A stretch of DNA of 64,000 nucleotides from a virus: positions 64,001 through 128,000 of IMG/VR virus record IMGVR_UViG_3300028920_000032; one strand, 5' to 3'. Under the pieces are notes generated by a model. The model had not been told where the DNA came from and made no database searches. It worked only from the letters and a program-made list of their open reading frames with translations. Both the position numbers and the translations under genes were made by a program. This document shows, one piece after another, positions 1 to 10,120 of the stretch. Numbering within the stretch: the first letter of the stretch is position 1; each line of letters begins with the position of its first letter.

Positions 1-565
1 CACTGTCTAATTTATTATATTCTCTATTAAAGTGTATTGATACTGCTATAAAATACTTGCTTAACATATTCTGCATGCATAGTATCATCCCTTCACTCAT
101 TATTTCATTTGGATCTTTTTTAAATAGAGATGAATAATCTCCTTCTAATAAATTATTTTTCTTCCACCATTTTTTTAGAAATGTAAGAGTATTTGCTAAA
201 TTAGTCATTATTTTTTCTGTGTCTGTTATAACATTTTCTTCTATAATTTTTAGAGCTTCTTTGTGTTCGTTATATCTAATAACAGCTGCTTTAGTTTTTA
301 ATTGAGCTGGGAATATTATTTTATCTTTTGGCAAATCTCTAAATTGAGCTTCTATAAAAATATGTGGATCAAACATGGAATCTTTTTTAAAAAATTCATA
401 TACTGCCGCAAAATACGGCCAGTTTTTACTTTCTCGGGGATCTTTCTTGTGTGGGAGAAATTTTATAAAGTACCCTCTTTGATTACAAAATCTTTGGTAA
501 GCTTTATATATATCCCAAATCCTATAATCTCTACCGGTAAAATCATATTCTTCAAATATTTCCAT
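1..565 (-). CDS. Probable T4 gp59-like helicase loader (runs off window; absent from ORF track)
   Basis: Hand translation from ATG 565: MEIFEEYDFTGRDYRIWDIYKAYQRF...RESKNWPYFAAVYE...IFIEAQ...YSSLFKKDPNEIMSEGMILCMQNMLSKYF, open to position 1. Weak pattern resemblance to gp59; adjacent to gp32-like gene. Confidence 0.45.
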   Translation of the reverse strand, partial: MEIFEEYDFTGRDYRIWDIYKAYQRFCNQRGYFIKFLPHKKDPRESKNWPYFAAVYEFFKKDSMFDPHIFIEAQFRDLPKDKIIFPAQLKTKAAVIRYNEHKEALKIIEENVITDTEKIMTNLANTLTFLKKWWKKNNLLEGDYSSLFKKDPNEIMSEGMILCMQNMLSKYFIAVSIHFNREYNKLDS

Positions 566-580
566 ATTACTAATTATGCA

Positions 581-607
581 AAAAAGGCCATCCGAAGATG
601 GCCTTTT
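581..607 (-). terminator. Intrinsic terminator after SSB
   Basis: Minus strand GGCCATC-TTCG-GATGGCC followed by T-run. Confidence 0.85.
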
Positions 608-621
608 GAATAAAAATTTAT

Positions 622-1479
622 TTATTCATCTTTTAATTTTTTTCTTAATTTGTCTTTAAAAGCATCTAGTTTGGCTTTTTCTGTTTTTTTGCTTGTAGGT
701 TTTTTATCTTCTGTTGTTTGCTCTTTTTCTGGCCTCTCATCTTCATAAAATTCTTCTTCGGTTGTTGCGTCTGTAAGTGCCTTAACATATGCATCAATAG
801 CTGCTTGCATTTCTTCTTCAGTCCCAAATTTTGTTATTTCATCTAGAGCAACTCTGTTGTCAAGTATTTCATTAATTTCTTTTGCTTCATCAGCAAGTGG
901 TGTTGATTTTCTTTTAATCTCAGAAGTATCATAACTTGGGAATGTTCCTTTTTCAGTCTTTGGACCTTCTTCTTTGCAAACATTAAAATCATAACCATCA
1001 ACAACATCTGTAATGTCTAGATCGTTATCAAGCATGCTTTTTACCATTCTCTTCCAAATCTTTACACCTGCTCCCCAGACTCTAACTGCTTTAGGATCAT
1101 CTCCTTTTCTCTCAACGATATTCATAAGATATTGAAGTTTACCTTTTAAGTCTTTTGCAACTTGAACTAAAGTTTTGTCATTAGTTCTAAAAAATCTTTT
1201 TCTTGATTCACATGCTGGACAATTGCATGGTTTACCAGTTTCTTCATCAATTTTATAACGAAGACATGGATACCATACTCCATCAATTCGATGTCTTGCT
1301 GACTCTAAATAGAATAATTCGCCATTTTCTATAGCCGGTAGGATTCTTATGAGGTTGTCGCCCCAATTTGGCTTCCACCATCTAATGCTGCCGCCACCAC
1401 TGTTGTTAAAAGCCTCTCGTAATCTTTCTAGATCAGAATTTGTGTTTGTTTTACTCTTTATTCCTTTTTTTGTTGCCAT
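622..1479 (-). CDS. T4 gp32-like single-stranded DNA-binding protein
   Basis: N.IRILP, H...C...CxCPAC zinc ligands, YLMNIV, DITD..DGYDF, YD.S, charged C-terminal tail. Confidence 0.85.
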   Translation of the reverse strand: MATKKGIKSKTNTNSDLERLREAFNNSGGGSIRWWKPNWGDNLIRILPAIENGELFYLESARHRIDGVWYPCLRYKIDEETGKPCNCPACESRKRFFRTNDKTLVQVAKDLKGKLQYLMNIVERKGDDPKAVRVWGAGVKIWKRMVKSMLDNDLDITDVVDGYDFNVCKEEGPKTEKGTFPSYDTSEIKRKSTPLADEAKEINEILDNRVALDEITKFGTEEEMQAAIDAYVKALTDATTEEEFYEDERPEKEQTTEDKKPTSKKTEKAKLDAFKDKLRKKLKDE

Positions 1480-1540
1480 TTCTTTATTTCTCCTTATTTT
1501 GTTATGTCACTTTTTTAAGAGTTGTGAGAACTCTAATTTG

Positions 1541-1717
1541 TTATATAATTATGCTATTATTTGTTTTATGTAATTCTTCTTCAATCATACCTTGAGAGCC
1601 GCAGGCCATGCATGTGGCTAACCACATTTTTTTGTTTTCTAATTCTCTCATTAAAGTTGCTTTATTTCTTGTACTTTTACATTTAGGACAAATGAATCCT
1701 TGTAGCTCTATTTCCAT
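1541..1717 (-). CDS. Small zinc-ribbon protein (58 aa, not in track)
   Basis: MEIELQGFICPKCKS...TCMACG; two CxxC pairs. Confidence 0.6.
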   Translation of the reverse strand: MEIELQGFICPKCKSTRNKATLMRELENKKMWLATCMACGSQGMIEEELHKTNNSIII

Positions 1718-2026
1718 CTATTCTTCATCATCCATTTTATAGTTTATTGCAGCAAACATCAAGTTGACAACTTCTTCAAAAACTTTATTGTCTTGGAGTA
1801 ATTGTTTAGCTAATTGTTTTCTGTTTTTAACTGCTTCTTTTATATCTATTTTTTCAGTGTTAACATCATATATCATATCACTACCAGTATCACTGTAAGC
1901 TAAGTCTCCAATAACATCTAATGTTTCTAGCACTACTTTTTTAATGTCTTGTGAATTGTTAACTTCATTAAGTTCTTTTTCTAAACTATTTAACATTTCA
2001 TTCATATTAGTTTTATTCATTTCCAT
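1718..2026 (-). CDS. Hypothetical acidic protein
   Basis: ORF in operon. Confidence 0.6.
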   Translation of the reverse strand: MEMNKTNMNEMLNSLEKELNEVNNSQDIKKVVLETLDVIGDLAYSDTGSDMIYDVNTEKIDIKEAVKNRKQLAKQLLQDNKVFEEVVNLMFAAINYKMDDEE

Positions 2027-2343
2027 AATCCTTTAATATATAAATATCCAATTAAACCAAAAACACCAATATCCATAAAATCTTTTATTATTTTTTCTTC
2101 AGTCAATTGTAATTCAACTCTTTCATCTTCATCAACTTCTAGATATTTCCTTATCTCAAAAAATGCATCACCAATTCTTGTTAATATTCCAACTTCACCT
2201 GTACTAGATATATTGTCTGTTTCATATACATCTTGTTTGTGATCAAATCTTTTTGTGGCTTCTAATAATGCTTTTAGAAATTCTTTTGATATATTGTGTT
2301 TACACTTTAATTCTTCAAATATTCTATTTATTAAATCTTCCAT
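2017..2343 (-). CDS. DUF1599/Nmad1-like (MazG-fold, nucleotide-modification-associated) protein
   Basis: F.HKQDVY...G..GI..RI.D...D..D...FGLIG resembles KxxDY..G..R..D pattern. Confidence 0.5.
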   Translation of the reverse strand: MEDLINRIFEELKCKHNISKEFLKALLEATKRFDHKQDVYETDNISSTGEVGILTRIGDAFFEIRKYLEVDEDERVELQLTEEKIIKDFMDIGVFGLIGYLYIKGLWK

Positions 2344-2358
2344 AGAATAAATTATGCT

Positions 2359-2709
2359 TTAAATATTTTTAAAATCAATATTTCGTAAAACTTTTATTAC
2401 AAAAGTTCTTACTTTACGCGCCAACTGATATTCGAAATATTCATGCAAAATCTCATATGCTACATCATCATTAGAAAGTTTTAATTTTCTCTGAATACTA
2501 TCTATTGCATCGCAAGCATCATCCATGACATCATCCCAAATTTCTGACTCAGTATTTATTAGATATTTAATCATAGATTTAACAAATGCTTTAGCATACA
2601 ATTCTTTATATGCTGCAGCATTTGCAATAATTTGAGATTTTGTTATTTTACCGGCATCTTCATTTAGCTGTTCATCTAAATTTTTTAAAAAATCATCCAG
2701 CTTTTTCAT
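2359..2709 (-). CDS. Hypothetical, possible internal virion protein
   Basis: N-terminus MKKLDDFLKNLDEQLNE; SD present. Confidence 0.6.
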   Translation of the reverse strand: MKKLDDFLKNLDEQLNEDAGKITKSQIIANAAAYKELYAKAFVKSMIKYLINTESEIWDDVMDDACDAIDSIQRKLKLSNDDVAYEILHEYFEYQLARKVRTFVIKVLRNIDFKNI

Positions 2710-2753
2710 TAGTTTGCCTCTCCACCTTTATAATTTAAGTGTCTTTACGTATT

Positions 2754-3461
2754 TTATAGTTTTATATTTGTTATAGCAGAAATAACAGCTTTTTTAAATT
2801 TAGGCCACAATTTTTGGAGTCTTTCTTCTACTGCATAAAATTCATCATCTTTTTCAGTATAACCCATTGAAGAAGTAATTTCTAATACCGCTTTTTCTAC
2901 AAAGCCATCTTCATCTTCCCAAACATTTTCATATGTTCTTAAATTTGTTATTAACATTTTTTTGTTTGCTTCTATATACGCTTGTATATGCTGCGGTTTA
3001 AGATGTTTCCCTAAATCTTCATGTATATCTCTTCCCAAGGCTTTGCCTCTAATTGGTCCAGGTTTCTGTCCCATAGTGCCTTTGTCTTTCTTATTAGGTT
3101 TGTAAGCCATATTCATCATATCGCCTTTCATAGTTCCTTCTTTGTATTCGGGGTTACCAAGTCTAATTTTCTTAAATTGTTCCATGCCTTTCCCGACCAT
3201 ATTTAAGTAACTTTGAAAATCACCTTTCCAAGACTTTGGAGCTTTTCCTGATTTAACATAACGAGCCATGTCTCTTAACATTGCTTGTATTTCTTGTGGT
3301 CTATAATCATTCGGTGATTTTTCTTTTTTAGTGCCAGGTCCACTTGCTGAATTTGGGTCTTTTACCATTTCAAGCATTGCCTCTTCAGACATATCAATGC
3401 TTTCAACAGCATTCATTAATTCCACCATTTCCTGACCATTTTTTGAATGTTTCATTTTCAC
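2754..3461 (-). CDS. Hypothetical protein
   Basis: 235 aa ORF, GAGG SD before GTG. Confidence 0.65.
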   Translation of the reverse strand: MKMKHSKNGQEMVELMNAVESIDMSEEAMLEMVKDPNSASGPGTKKEKSPNDYRPQEIQAMLRDMARYVKSGKAPKSWKGDFQSYLNMVGKGMEQFKKIRLGNPEYKEGTMKGDMMNMAYKPNKKDKGTMGQKPGPIRGKALGRDIHEDLGKHLKPQHIQAYIEANKKMLITNLRTYENVWEDEDGFVEKAVLEITSSMGYTEKDDEFYAVEERLQKLWPKFKKAVISAITNIKL

Positions 3462-3522
3462 ACCTCATTTAAAGTTCAAATTTGTTATAATTAGCTTTCG
3501 GTATTGTTTTCTCTATTTCATA

Positions 3523-4215
3523 TTAGAAGGCAATAGTTTTTACGAAAGAAATAATGTCTTTTAGCTTTTTATTAATTGCTGCTTTGACATTTCTGTTGTT
3601 TACTTCAAAATTTTCAAAACTATCGTCAATTCTTTCTCTATCTTTTAAATGCGCAATAAATAATTTCTTTGCAATTTCAAGTGCTTTACTTTGTTGATTG
3701 TTGTTTAACTTTATTCTCTTAAGCTTTCCAATTTTATTATTAGTTTTATTTGTTTTAACAAATTTTAAAACGTTTTGTATTATCTTATCGCCAACGTCTG
3801 AAGCGAAACCGGCAAAGTCTTCATCAAAATCAACAGCGACATCATCAAAATTGTCGTTAAATTCATCTTGTGAACTCTCTAAATAATCAACTAAGAATTC
3901 TTTAGCATATTTCTCAGGTGTCATTTCCCCTGAACCACGTCTATTTAATCTTTTTTCTTCTTCCTCTTTCATACGTCTGAAATCTGCCATTCTTAATAAA
4001 GTATTAGTTTCTGCTCTAGTCAATTTATATTTTTTTCTAATTGTAGTTGTCATATTAGAGTATATTTCATCATATGAATTATCATTTAATATCTTTTTTA
4101 ATTTTGGCGATTCTGGAGCATATTCGTTGAATTTATTTGCTTCATCTAGAATACATTCTTTTGATAATTTAATTAGATCAGCAACTTCGTTTATAATTTC
4201 ATCATTCAAGTTCAT
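3523..4215 (-). CDS. Hypothetical, possible internal virion protein
   Basis: AGGAGG SD, AAGATA motif upstream, IINE/ILDE N-terminus. Confidence 0.65.
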   Translation of the reverse strand: MNLNDEIINEVADLIKLSKECILDEANKFNEYAPESPKLKKILNDNSYDEIYSNMTTTIRKKYKLTRAETNTLLRMADFRRMKEEEEKRLNRRGSGEMTPEKYAKEFLVDYLESSQDEFNDNFDDVAVDFDEDFAGFASDVGDKIIQNVLKFVKTNKTNNKIGKLKRIKLNNNQQSKALEIAKKLFIAHLKDRERIDDSFENFEVNNRNVKAAINKKLKDIISFVKTIAF

Positions 4216-4255
4216 ATCTCTTTCCTCCTATATTTTAAATTATCTTGTTAGTAAA

Positions 4256-5215
4256 TTAGATATTTTTAGAGATAGCTTGAATAATATTGTTCATTTCAGT
4301 TGTTGCTTCGTTGATATTTTTAAATGTAAAATTTAAAATGTTTTCATGTCCTCTTGGCGTCTCAATTTGTTCTTTTATAATGTCATATAAACTGATGTTG
4401 TTATCATTAATGCAAAATGGATTCTTTTGTAGCTGCACATGAATCTTATTGTTCATTTCAAAAACTAACATAGTGTATAAATTTTCACTATAGTAATAAT
4501 TAAATATATTTTTGTCATAACCTTTCCAATCAATTTGTGAAAAATATCTAGTAAATAATACTGGTACATTAGAAAAATGCTTAACATATTTATTTACATT
4601 TTTTTCAAATTTTTCAAAAAATGATACTTTGTGCTGCATGTATTTTTTAAAATTTAACATATTGTGATTTTTTTCAATAAAATATAATAAAGTGCTAACA
4701 TCAAATGTCTCTTCCATTAATAACAATATAGACAAATTAGTTTTTCTATTTTTTCTTAGCAAATCATTTAACGCCAAATATCTGCCAAGTTCTGTATTAA
4801 TGTCTGGAAATATAACATCTACTGGCGTAAAACTATCATTAAACTTATTTCTAAAATCTGCAGAATCAACAGTATTAATATGTTTACATACTTCTTTTGT
4901 TATAAGTGTTTTGTCTACTAAATTTTCTTTTATCAATATATCTACACAAGATGGTGCTTTCTTTATTATTTCGTTTTTAGCACCACTAGCTCTCTCACTT
5001 CTAAGATGATGATCGACAAATAATTCAGTTTTTTCGCCAGCAATATTTTCTGCAAAATCAACTGAGATAAAACTATCACACTGAGTAAGTATGTGTGAAT
5101 AATCTTTCCCATAATCAACTGCATATGCATCACTGATATTATATTCAGAGTTAACTATTAATTTAGCTGAATATAAGCCATCAAGATCGTTATGAAAAAT
5201 CAGTCCTGTTTCCAT
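4256..5215 (-). CDS. DHH-family phosphoesterase
   Basis: FHNDLDG, VD, VDHH, DSAD motifs; start revised to ATG 5215. Confidence 0.8.
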   Translation of the reverse strand: METGLIFHNDLDGLYSAKLIVNSEYNISDAYAVDYGKDYSHILTQCDSFISVDFAENIAGEKTELFVDHHLRSERASGAKNEIIKKAPSCVDILIKENLVDKTLITKEVCKHINTVDSADFRNKFNDSFTPVDVIFPDINTELGRYLALNDLLRKNRKTNLSILLLMEETFDVSTLLYFIEKNHNMLNFKKYMQHKVSFFEKFEKNVNKYVKHFSNVPVLFTRYFSQIDWKGYDKNIFNYYYSENLYTMLVFEMNNKIHVQLQKNPFCINDNNISLYDIIKEQIETPRGHENILNFTFKNINEATTEMNNIIQAISKNI

Positions 5216-5450
5216 ATTTATTCCTTTTCTACTATTTTTAAAAAATTTTCTACACATTCATATATTGATTGATAAATTGCGTCATTGACGTTTTTGCTTG
5301 ATCTTTTTTGAATTAATGCGTCGTCTATTTTACGCCATTCTATAAATGTTTCTTTGTCATCAATTAAAAGTTTTTTATTTCCATCGACTTCTTTAATATC
5401 AATTTTATAACCTGAGAAATCTCTTCGTAGTTTTTCTAAAAGCGTCATCG

Positions 5451-5957
5451 TTACTCCTTTTTAGCTATTAATGCAAAATAATTTCTTATTCCTTGTTCTT
5501 GCTGATGTATAAATTTAAAATCACCTTTATATAAATATCTATAATCACTTATAGGAGATTTTCCAACTTGTTTATATGAATCTTGATCTAAGAAAATTAG
5601 GGTCCCTCGATTAATTACTCTTGTATGTCCAGGATCTCCCCATGCCCACTCTGAATCATGTTTTGGTACTGAAAAACAAAATATACCATTGGGTTTTAAT
5701 ATTCTCCAATACTCTTCAAATTCTTCAAAGAAGTTAATATAATCACCTTGTTTACCTAAATGTTCTAAAACTTCATAGCAATGTAATTCGTCAAAATAAT
5801 TATCATCAAACGGTAATGGTCTAACATTAAGATCCCAAACAATATCTGGACTATGATCTTTATTAATATCTAGTGTTATCAATTTATTCCATTTATGATT
5901 ATCATCTATTGCTAATTGTTTTATGCGACTACTGCCACACCCCATCAATAATTCCAT
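5451..5957 (-). CDS. Class I SAM-dependent methyltransferase
   Basis: LLMGCG motif I, LDI, DL...LPF.D..FD, EVLEHL, RILKPNG, DPGH. Confidence 0.85.
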   Translation of the reverse strand: MELLMGCGSSRIKQLAIDDNHKWNKLITLDINKDHSPDIVWDLNVRPLPFDDNYFDELHCYEVLEHLGKQGDYINFFEEFEEYWRILKPNGIFCFSVPKHDSEWAWGDPGHTRVINRGTLIFLDQDSYKQVGKSPISDYRYLYKGDFKFIHQQEQGIRNYFALIAKKE

Positions 5958-6649
5958 TAACTTACCACCAATTTCTCATGGCCTACGACACAACGAGGGT
6001 CGGCGTATATTTTAAATCCGGCCATTCTAATTCTAGAACAAAATGCAACATCTTCCCCAGCTGCATATTCTTTTCCATTTATGTTGGCAGCAGCGTTTAC
6101 AAACCATGGCTTTTCTAATTTTTCTACAACACCTTTCTTTATTAACATAAATCCCATACCTGCATGGAAGCATTCTATTAAATCTTTACCACGATTTAAT
6201 GTTTGGGGTATGTTAGCCCAAGTTAGTTTTGCTGGTGTTGCATCATCACTATTTTCTTCTTTTTCAATAAAGCAAAATGTTGATCCATCTTTTCTATAAC
6301 ATCCAGTGACAACGTCACAACTTCTTTGTTCACAATCTTCTAAAAGTAATTCGAATGCTTTTGGCCAAAATATGATGTCTGAATCAATCCACATTATATA
6401 ATCATAATCAACTTTGCCATCAAACGGTTTGTCTGTAGTTTTTATCATATTTTCAACTGATGCTGCACCTAAACATTTTTCTCGGACTATGAAAACATTT
6501 GAGCCACCATGACGAGAAACAGTCATATTAATATTATTTTCTCTGCAGTATCCAGTAAGTCTAACCCAACTGTCAAAAAATTTTCCTGAAAATCCTCCAG
6601 TAGGGCCAGGTAAGCAAAATACTATATTAAGCTCTTTCTTCTTTTTCAT
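5957..6649 (-). CDS. GT-A fold (GT2-like) glycosyltransferase
   Basis: IVFCLPG, YDYIMWIDSD (DxD), GMGFMLIK, GEDVAFC, VGHEK. Confidence 0.8.
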   Translation of the reverse strand: MKKKKELNIVFCLPGPTGGFSGKFFDSWVRLTGYCRENNINMTVSRHGGSNVFIVREKCLGAASVENMIKTTDKPFDGKVDYDYIMWIDSDIIFWPKAFELLLEDCEQRSCDVVTGCYRKDGSTFCFIEKEENSDDATPAKLTWANIPQTLNRGKDLIECFHAGMGFMLIKKGVVEKLEKPWFVNAAANINGKEYAAGEDVAFCSRIRMAGFKIYADPRCVVGHEKLVVS

Positions 6650-7116
6650 ATTAACCTCTTTTTATATTGTAAGTTTATTTACCAATGTTTTAAGTTTTAA
6701 TAATTCTATCTCAGCAGTTTTAGATTTTAGAATATTCAAAAATTGTTTGTCTATATCTTTTTGACCATCAGAAACTTCATCTAATTCTTTCCATATCTTT
6801 TCCCAAATGATTTCATCTTTGTTCATTTAAATGTAACCACCTCATTGTTTAAGTCTTTTATCAAATCAGCTTTTGTATGATAATAACTTACAGTCCTTCT
6901 GTTGTCTATCCATCTTTCTGCAAACCAGCCATTCATTGATTTAATTAGATCATAAGTATAACTTCTTATAACAATGCCAATTTCATTATCTTCGGTCATA
7001 AAATTTTACCTCTATTACAATTGTTGGCAAAGGACAAAAATATAATATTTTATTGTCTCTATCCCAATAGAATCCTATCCATAAGTCATACCATTTCCAT
7101 TTCAAAGATATTTTCA

Positions 7117-8163
7117 TTATTTTTTCTTATCCTCCTTCCAGCTTTCTTTATGTATTTTCTTAAACATATGATTACATGTCAATACCCAAAAATCATCAGT
7201 GTATTTATCATCTACCTCAGAATAAAAGTTTAATGGTATTTTAGCTCCACCTTTATATGAAGTACCGCCGCCGAATGAACCAAAATAATCTTTGCACATT
7301 TGATTAACATCTAGTGAAACATTTGATGATCTTACTGATACTTCTAAATGTTTCTTATCAATAATTGCAAATATAACAGCTGTATTAACTGATTCCATTC
7401 TTGCATACTCATCTGCTAAAATAGCTATTACATCTCTTTGAGAAGTTGGAAGAAATCCAACTCCACCCACAAAAACGCCATTAACTTCATGTGAATTTCC
7501 TTTCTCATGTAGCGTTGTTCTTCTTTCATATAAATAACGAGGATATGGATAATTCATTATCTTTTGTAAAGATTCTTTATCTGATAATTCTAATAATTCT
7601 TGGTAAGCAGAAAAATCTTCTTTAGTCATTTTTTCAGATGTTAAATCAAATGTATCTGTTCTTATTCCCAAAAGTAATGCAGTAAATACTATAATATTCT
7701 CTGGGCTTTTCTTTTCTGAATCATCTAAGAAACTAAGTTCTTTCATTAAATTCCAAACTATAGTTGCACATGAACCATATGAAGGCTCAACTATTTCGAA
7801 CTTGCTTCCAGATTTAATTTTGTGGTGATCTATAGTGAATGTTGCATATTCAGCACAACTATTATTTATTGTGCAATCAACACATATATTTTCTGCTTTA
7901 TTATCAATATCTTCAGTCACTTTTTCAGCCAGAATATTTAACACATTAATCATAGTTTTATTTTGTGGATGAGAGACTTCACCCCTATAAAGTATTTTTG
8001 AACTAATTCCAAAATGTTTAAGTATGAGACTGAGCCCAAAAGCACTGCCGAAAGCGTCAGGATCTGGTGCATCATGCACACAAATGTTAACCTCAGTGAT
8101 ATTTTTTTCTTTCAAGTATTCTATATAATTTTTAAGTTTGTCAACCTTAGTTGTTTTTTTCAT
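7117..8163 (-). CDS. DHH/DHHA1 phosphoesterase (NrnA-like nanoRNase/pAp or cyclic-dinucleotide phosphodiesterase family)
   Basis: HDAPDPDA, IDHH, GIRTDT, VSVRS, FGGG; start revised to ATG 8163. Confidence 0.85.
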   Translation of the reverse strand: MKKTTKVDKLKNYIEYLKEKNITEVNICVHDAPDPDAFGSAFGLSLILKHFGISSKILYRGEVSHPQNKTMINVLNILAEKVTEDIDNKAENICVDCTINNSCAEYATFTIDHHKIKSGSKFEIVEPSYGSCATIVWNLMKELSFLDDSEKKSPENIIVFTALLLGIRTDTFDLTSEKMTKEDFSAYQELLELSDKESLQKIMNYPYPRYLYERRTTLHEKGNSHEVNGVFVGGVGFLPTSQRDVIAILADEYARMESVNTAVIFAIIDKKHLEVSVRSSNVSLDVNQMCKDYFGSFGGGTSYKGGAKIPLNFYSEVDDKYTDDFWVLTCNHMFKKIHKESWKEDKKK

Positions 8164-8644
8164 ATTTTTAATTATGCATTGGTTTAAATGGTTTTTTCCA
8201 ATGGCTACAAACACCCATCTTTGGTTTTATACCTTTGCGAAAGTAATAACAATTTTTTGTTTTGCTATCATGAAAATTTTTATAAAAGTCACTACTATAT
8301 TCACAATTATCACAACTTTGCCCTTTTAATAATCTTATTGTCAATTTCTTCAATTCTGCATCTGACATTTTTTTGTGTCTAACCATTGTTCGTTACTACT
8401 GAATGTTGGTTAATAAAATCTTCAACTACACCTTTTAATCTTTTATAAAGTATTTCATTATATGTTGGACCAAATTTAATAACCATTTCTAATTGTTTTT
8501 CTATATCATATCCACAATGAGTCCAATGATGATTAATAGCAATTTGTTTGAATGCTGTATTTGTTTCTGGGTGAATTACAGTTCTTGCTTGAAATGTATA
8601 TTTAGGAAAATCTTTTTGTAATTTAGAGATGAAGCTCATCATCA

Positions 8645-9004
8645 TTACTCTCCTCTGTCAGCTGCTTTTAGTTCTTCATTGTTTTCTGTTAGATATTTAA
8701 TGATATGCATATTGTCATTTAGCCACATAAACAATATGTGAGATAATGCAGCTGTCTGTCTTTCAGTCAGATCTATTCCAGAAAAATCATCTAATGCATG
8801 TGTAAGTTCATGTACGAGTGTTACTTTCATTCTATATGCATGATTTGCTGTTGACACAAATATTTCAAGATTATCTGAATCACATGTACCATTCACAGAC
8901 GTGCCATTGTCATCATAAACTGTTTTATCCCAAATAATGTCATACTCTCTGTCTCCAACTTTTGTCTTTTTTGGTCTTTTAGTTTTAGACATATTATTCT
9001 CCAA
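8645..9004 (-). CDS. Small zincin-like metallopeptidase
   Basis: TLVHELTHA (HExxH) plus downstream E. Confidence 0.65.
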   Translation of the reverse strand: MENNMSKTKRPKKTKVGDREYDIIWDKTVYDDNGTSVNGTCDSDNLEIFVSTANHAYRMKVTLVHELTHALDDFSGIDLTERQTAALSHILFMWLNDNMHIIKYLTENNEELKAADRGE

Positions 9005-9710
9005 TCTTTATGATATTTTCATAAATTAATATATGTTTTTTATCAACTTCTTCATCTAAATGAAGATGACCTATAAACCACTTCTTATATTTAGCATGTC
9101 GCTTAACATATTCTAAATATTTTGTTAAACTATATGCTTCAGTTGGAGAGAATTCTGGTAAATATCTTTTGTCGACTTGTTCTATAATACTTTGTGGTGC
9201 CGTATGTGTTATTATATAATCAACTTCCCAGTTGTTTTCTTCTAAAGATTGAATGCCTAATTTTTCTTCTTGAATATTTGGTATTTCTTGAGACCACCAA
9301 GAAATATGTTCTCGCCTTCTGTATTTGTCAATAGATTTAGCTCCTCCAAATACCCAATACTTTTTCCCATCGATTATGTAAACTAACCCTCTTTTTAGAT
9401 GGTATATGGAATCTATAACTTCTCCAACTACATTTTCGCAAATATAATTTTGGTTTTTTGTGTCTATTTCATAAAGTCTATCAAAATTTTCATGATTGCC
9501 ATCAATAAACAATGTAGTGAATTTTTTACCTGACAGCCACTCTAGCCAATGTTGTTCATGTCTACAACTTTCATTAACATCCCATACTAAACCAAAATCA
9601 CCCGTTATTATAACATAGTCTTGTTTAGTGAGATATCTTCCTTGTTTAAATCGTTTGTGGCTTAATCTGCTAACATTAGCGTGTGTGTCTCCCGTAACAA
9701 ACACACTCAT
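8994..9710 (-). CDS. Calcineurin-like metallophosphoesterase
   Basis: GDTH, GDFG, DGNHE, ITH, GHLH. Confidence 0.9.
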   Translation of the reverse strand: MSVFVTGDTHANVSRLSHKRFKQGRYLTKQDYVIITGDFGLVWDVNESCRHEQHWLEWLSGKKFTTLFIDGNHENFDRLYEIDTKNQNYICENVVGEVIDSIYHLKRGLVYIIDGKKYWVFGGAKSIDKYRRREHISWWSQEIPNIQEEKLGIQSLEENNWEVDYIITHTAPQSIIEQVDKRYLPEFSPTEAYSLTKYLEYVKRHAKYKKWFIGHLHLDEEVDKKHILIYENIIKIGE

Positions 9711-10120
9711 TACAATCCTCTTTTATAGCTGTCGATAATATCTAAATAATTTTGAGCTGATTGTCTATTACGACCTAACAAAATTGTAAGTATTTTATCA
9801 TATTCTTTAGTAGAACCAGCAACTTCATATATGCTGCCGCCTTTTAAATGAACAACCCACTCTCCACTACCATCATTGCAAAGCTTATATCCGCTTACAC
9901 CAATTATTTCATCATTTAGAAAATCAATAGGTTGCTTTGTTTTCTTTAGTTTGAGTGTCATATTTTTCAACTGCCTTTCTGATTAGTTTTGTTTCTTCAT
10001 GAATATTCTTTAATATTTTAATAGTATCGTCTACGCGAAAGATTGCTCTTAAAGCTAAAGTTAATATACATATTATTATAACAATTGCTCCTAAAGCTGT
10101 TCCTGTATCCATATTGATAT

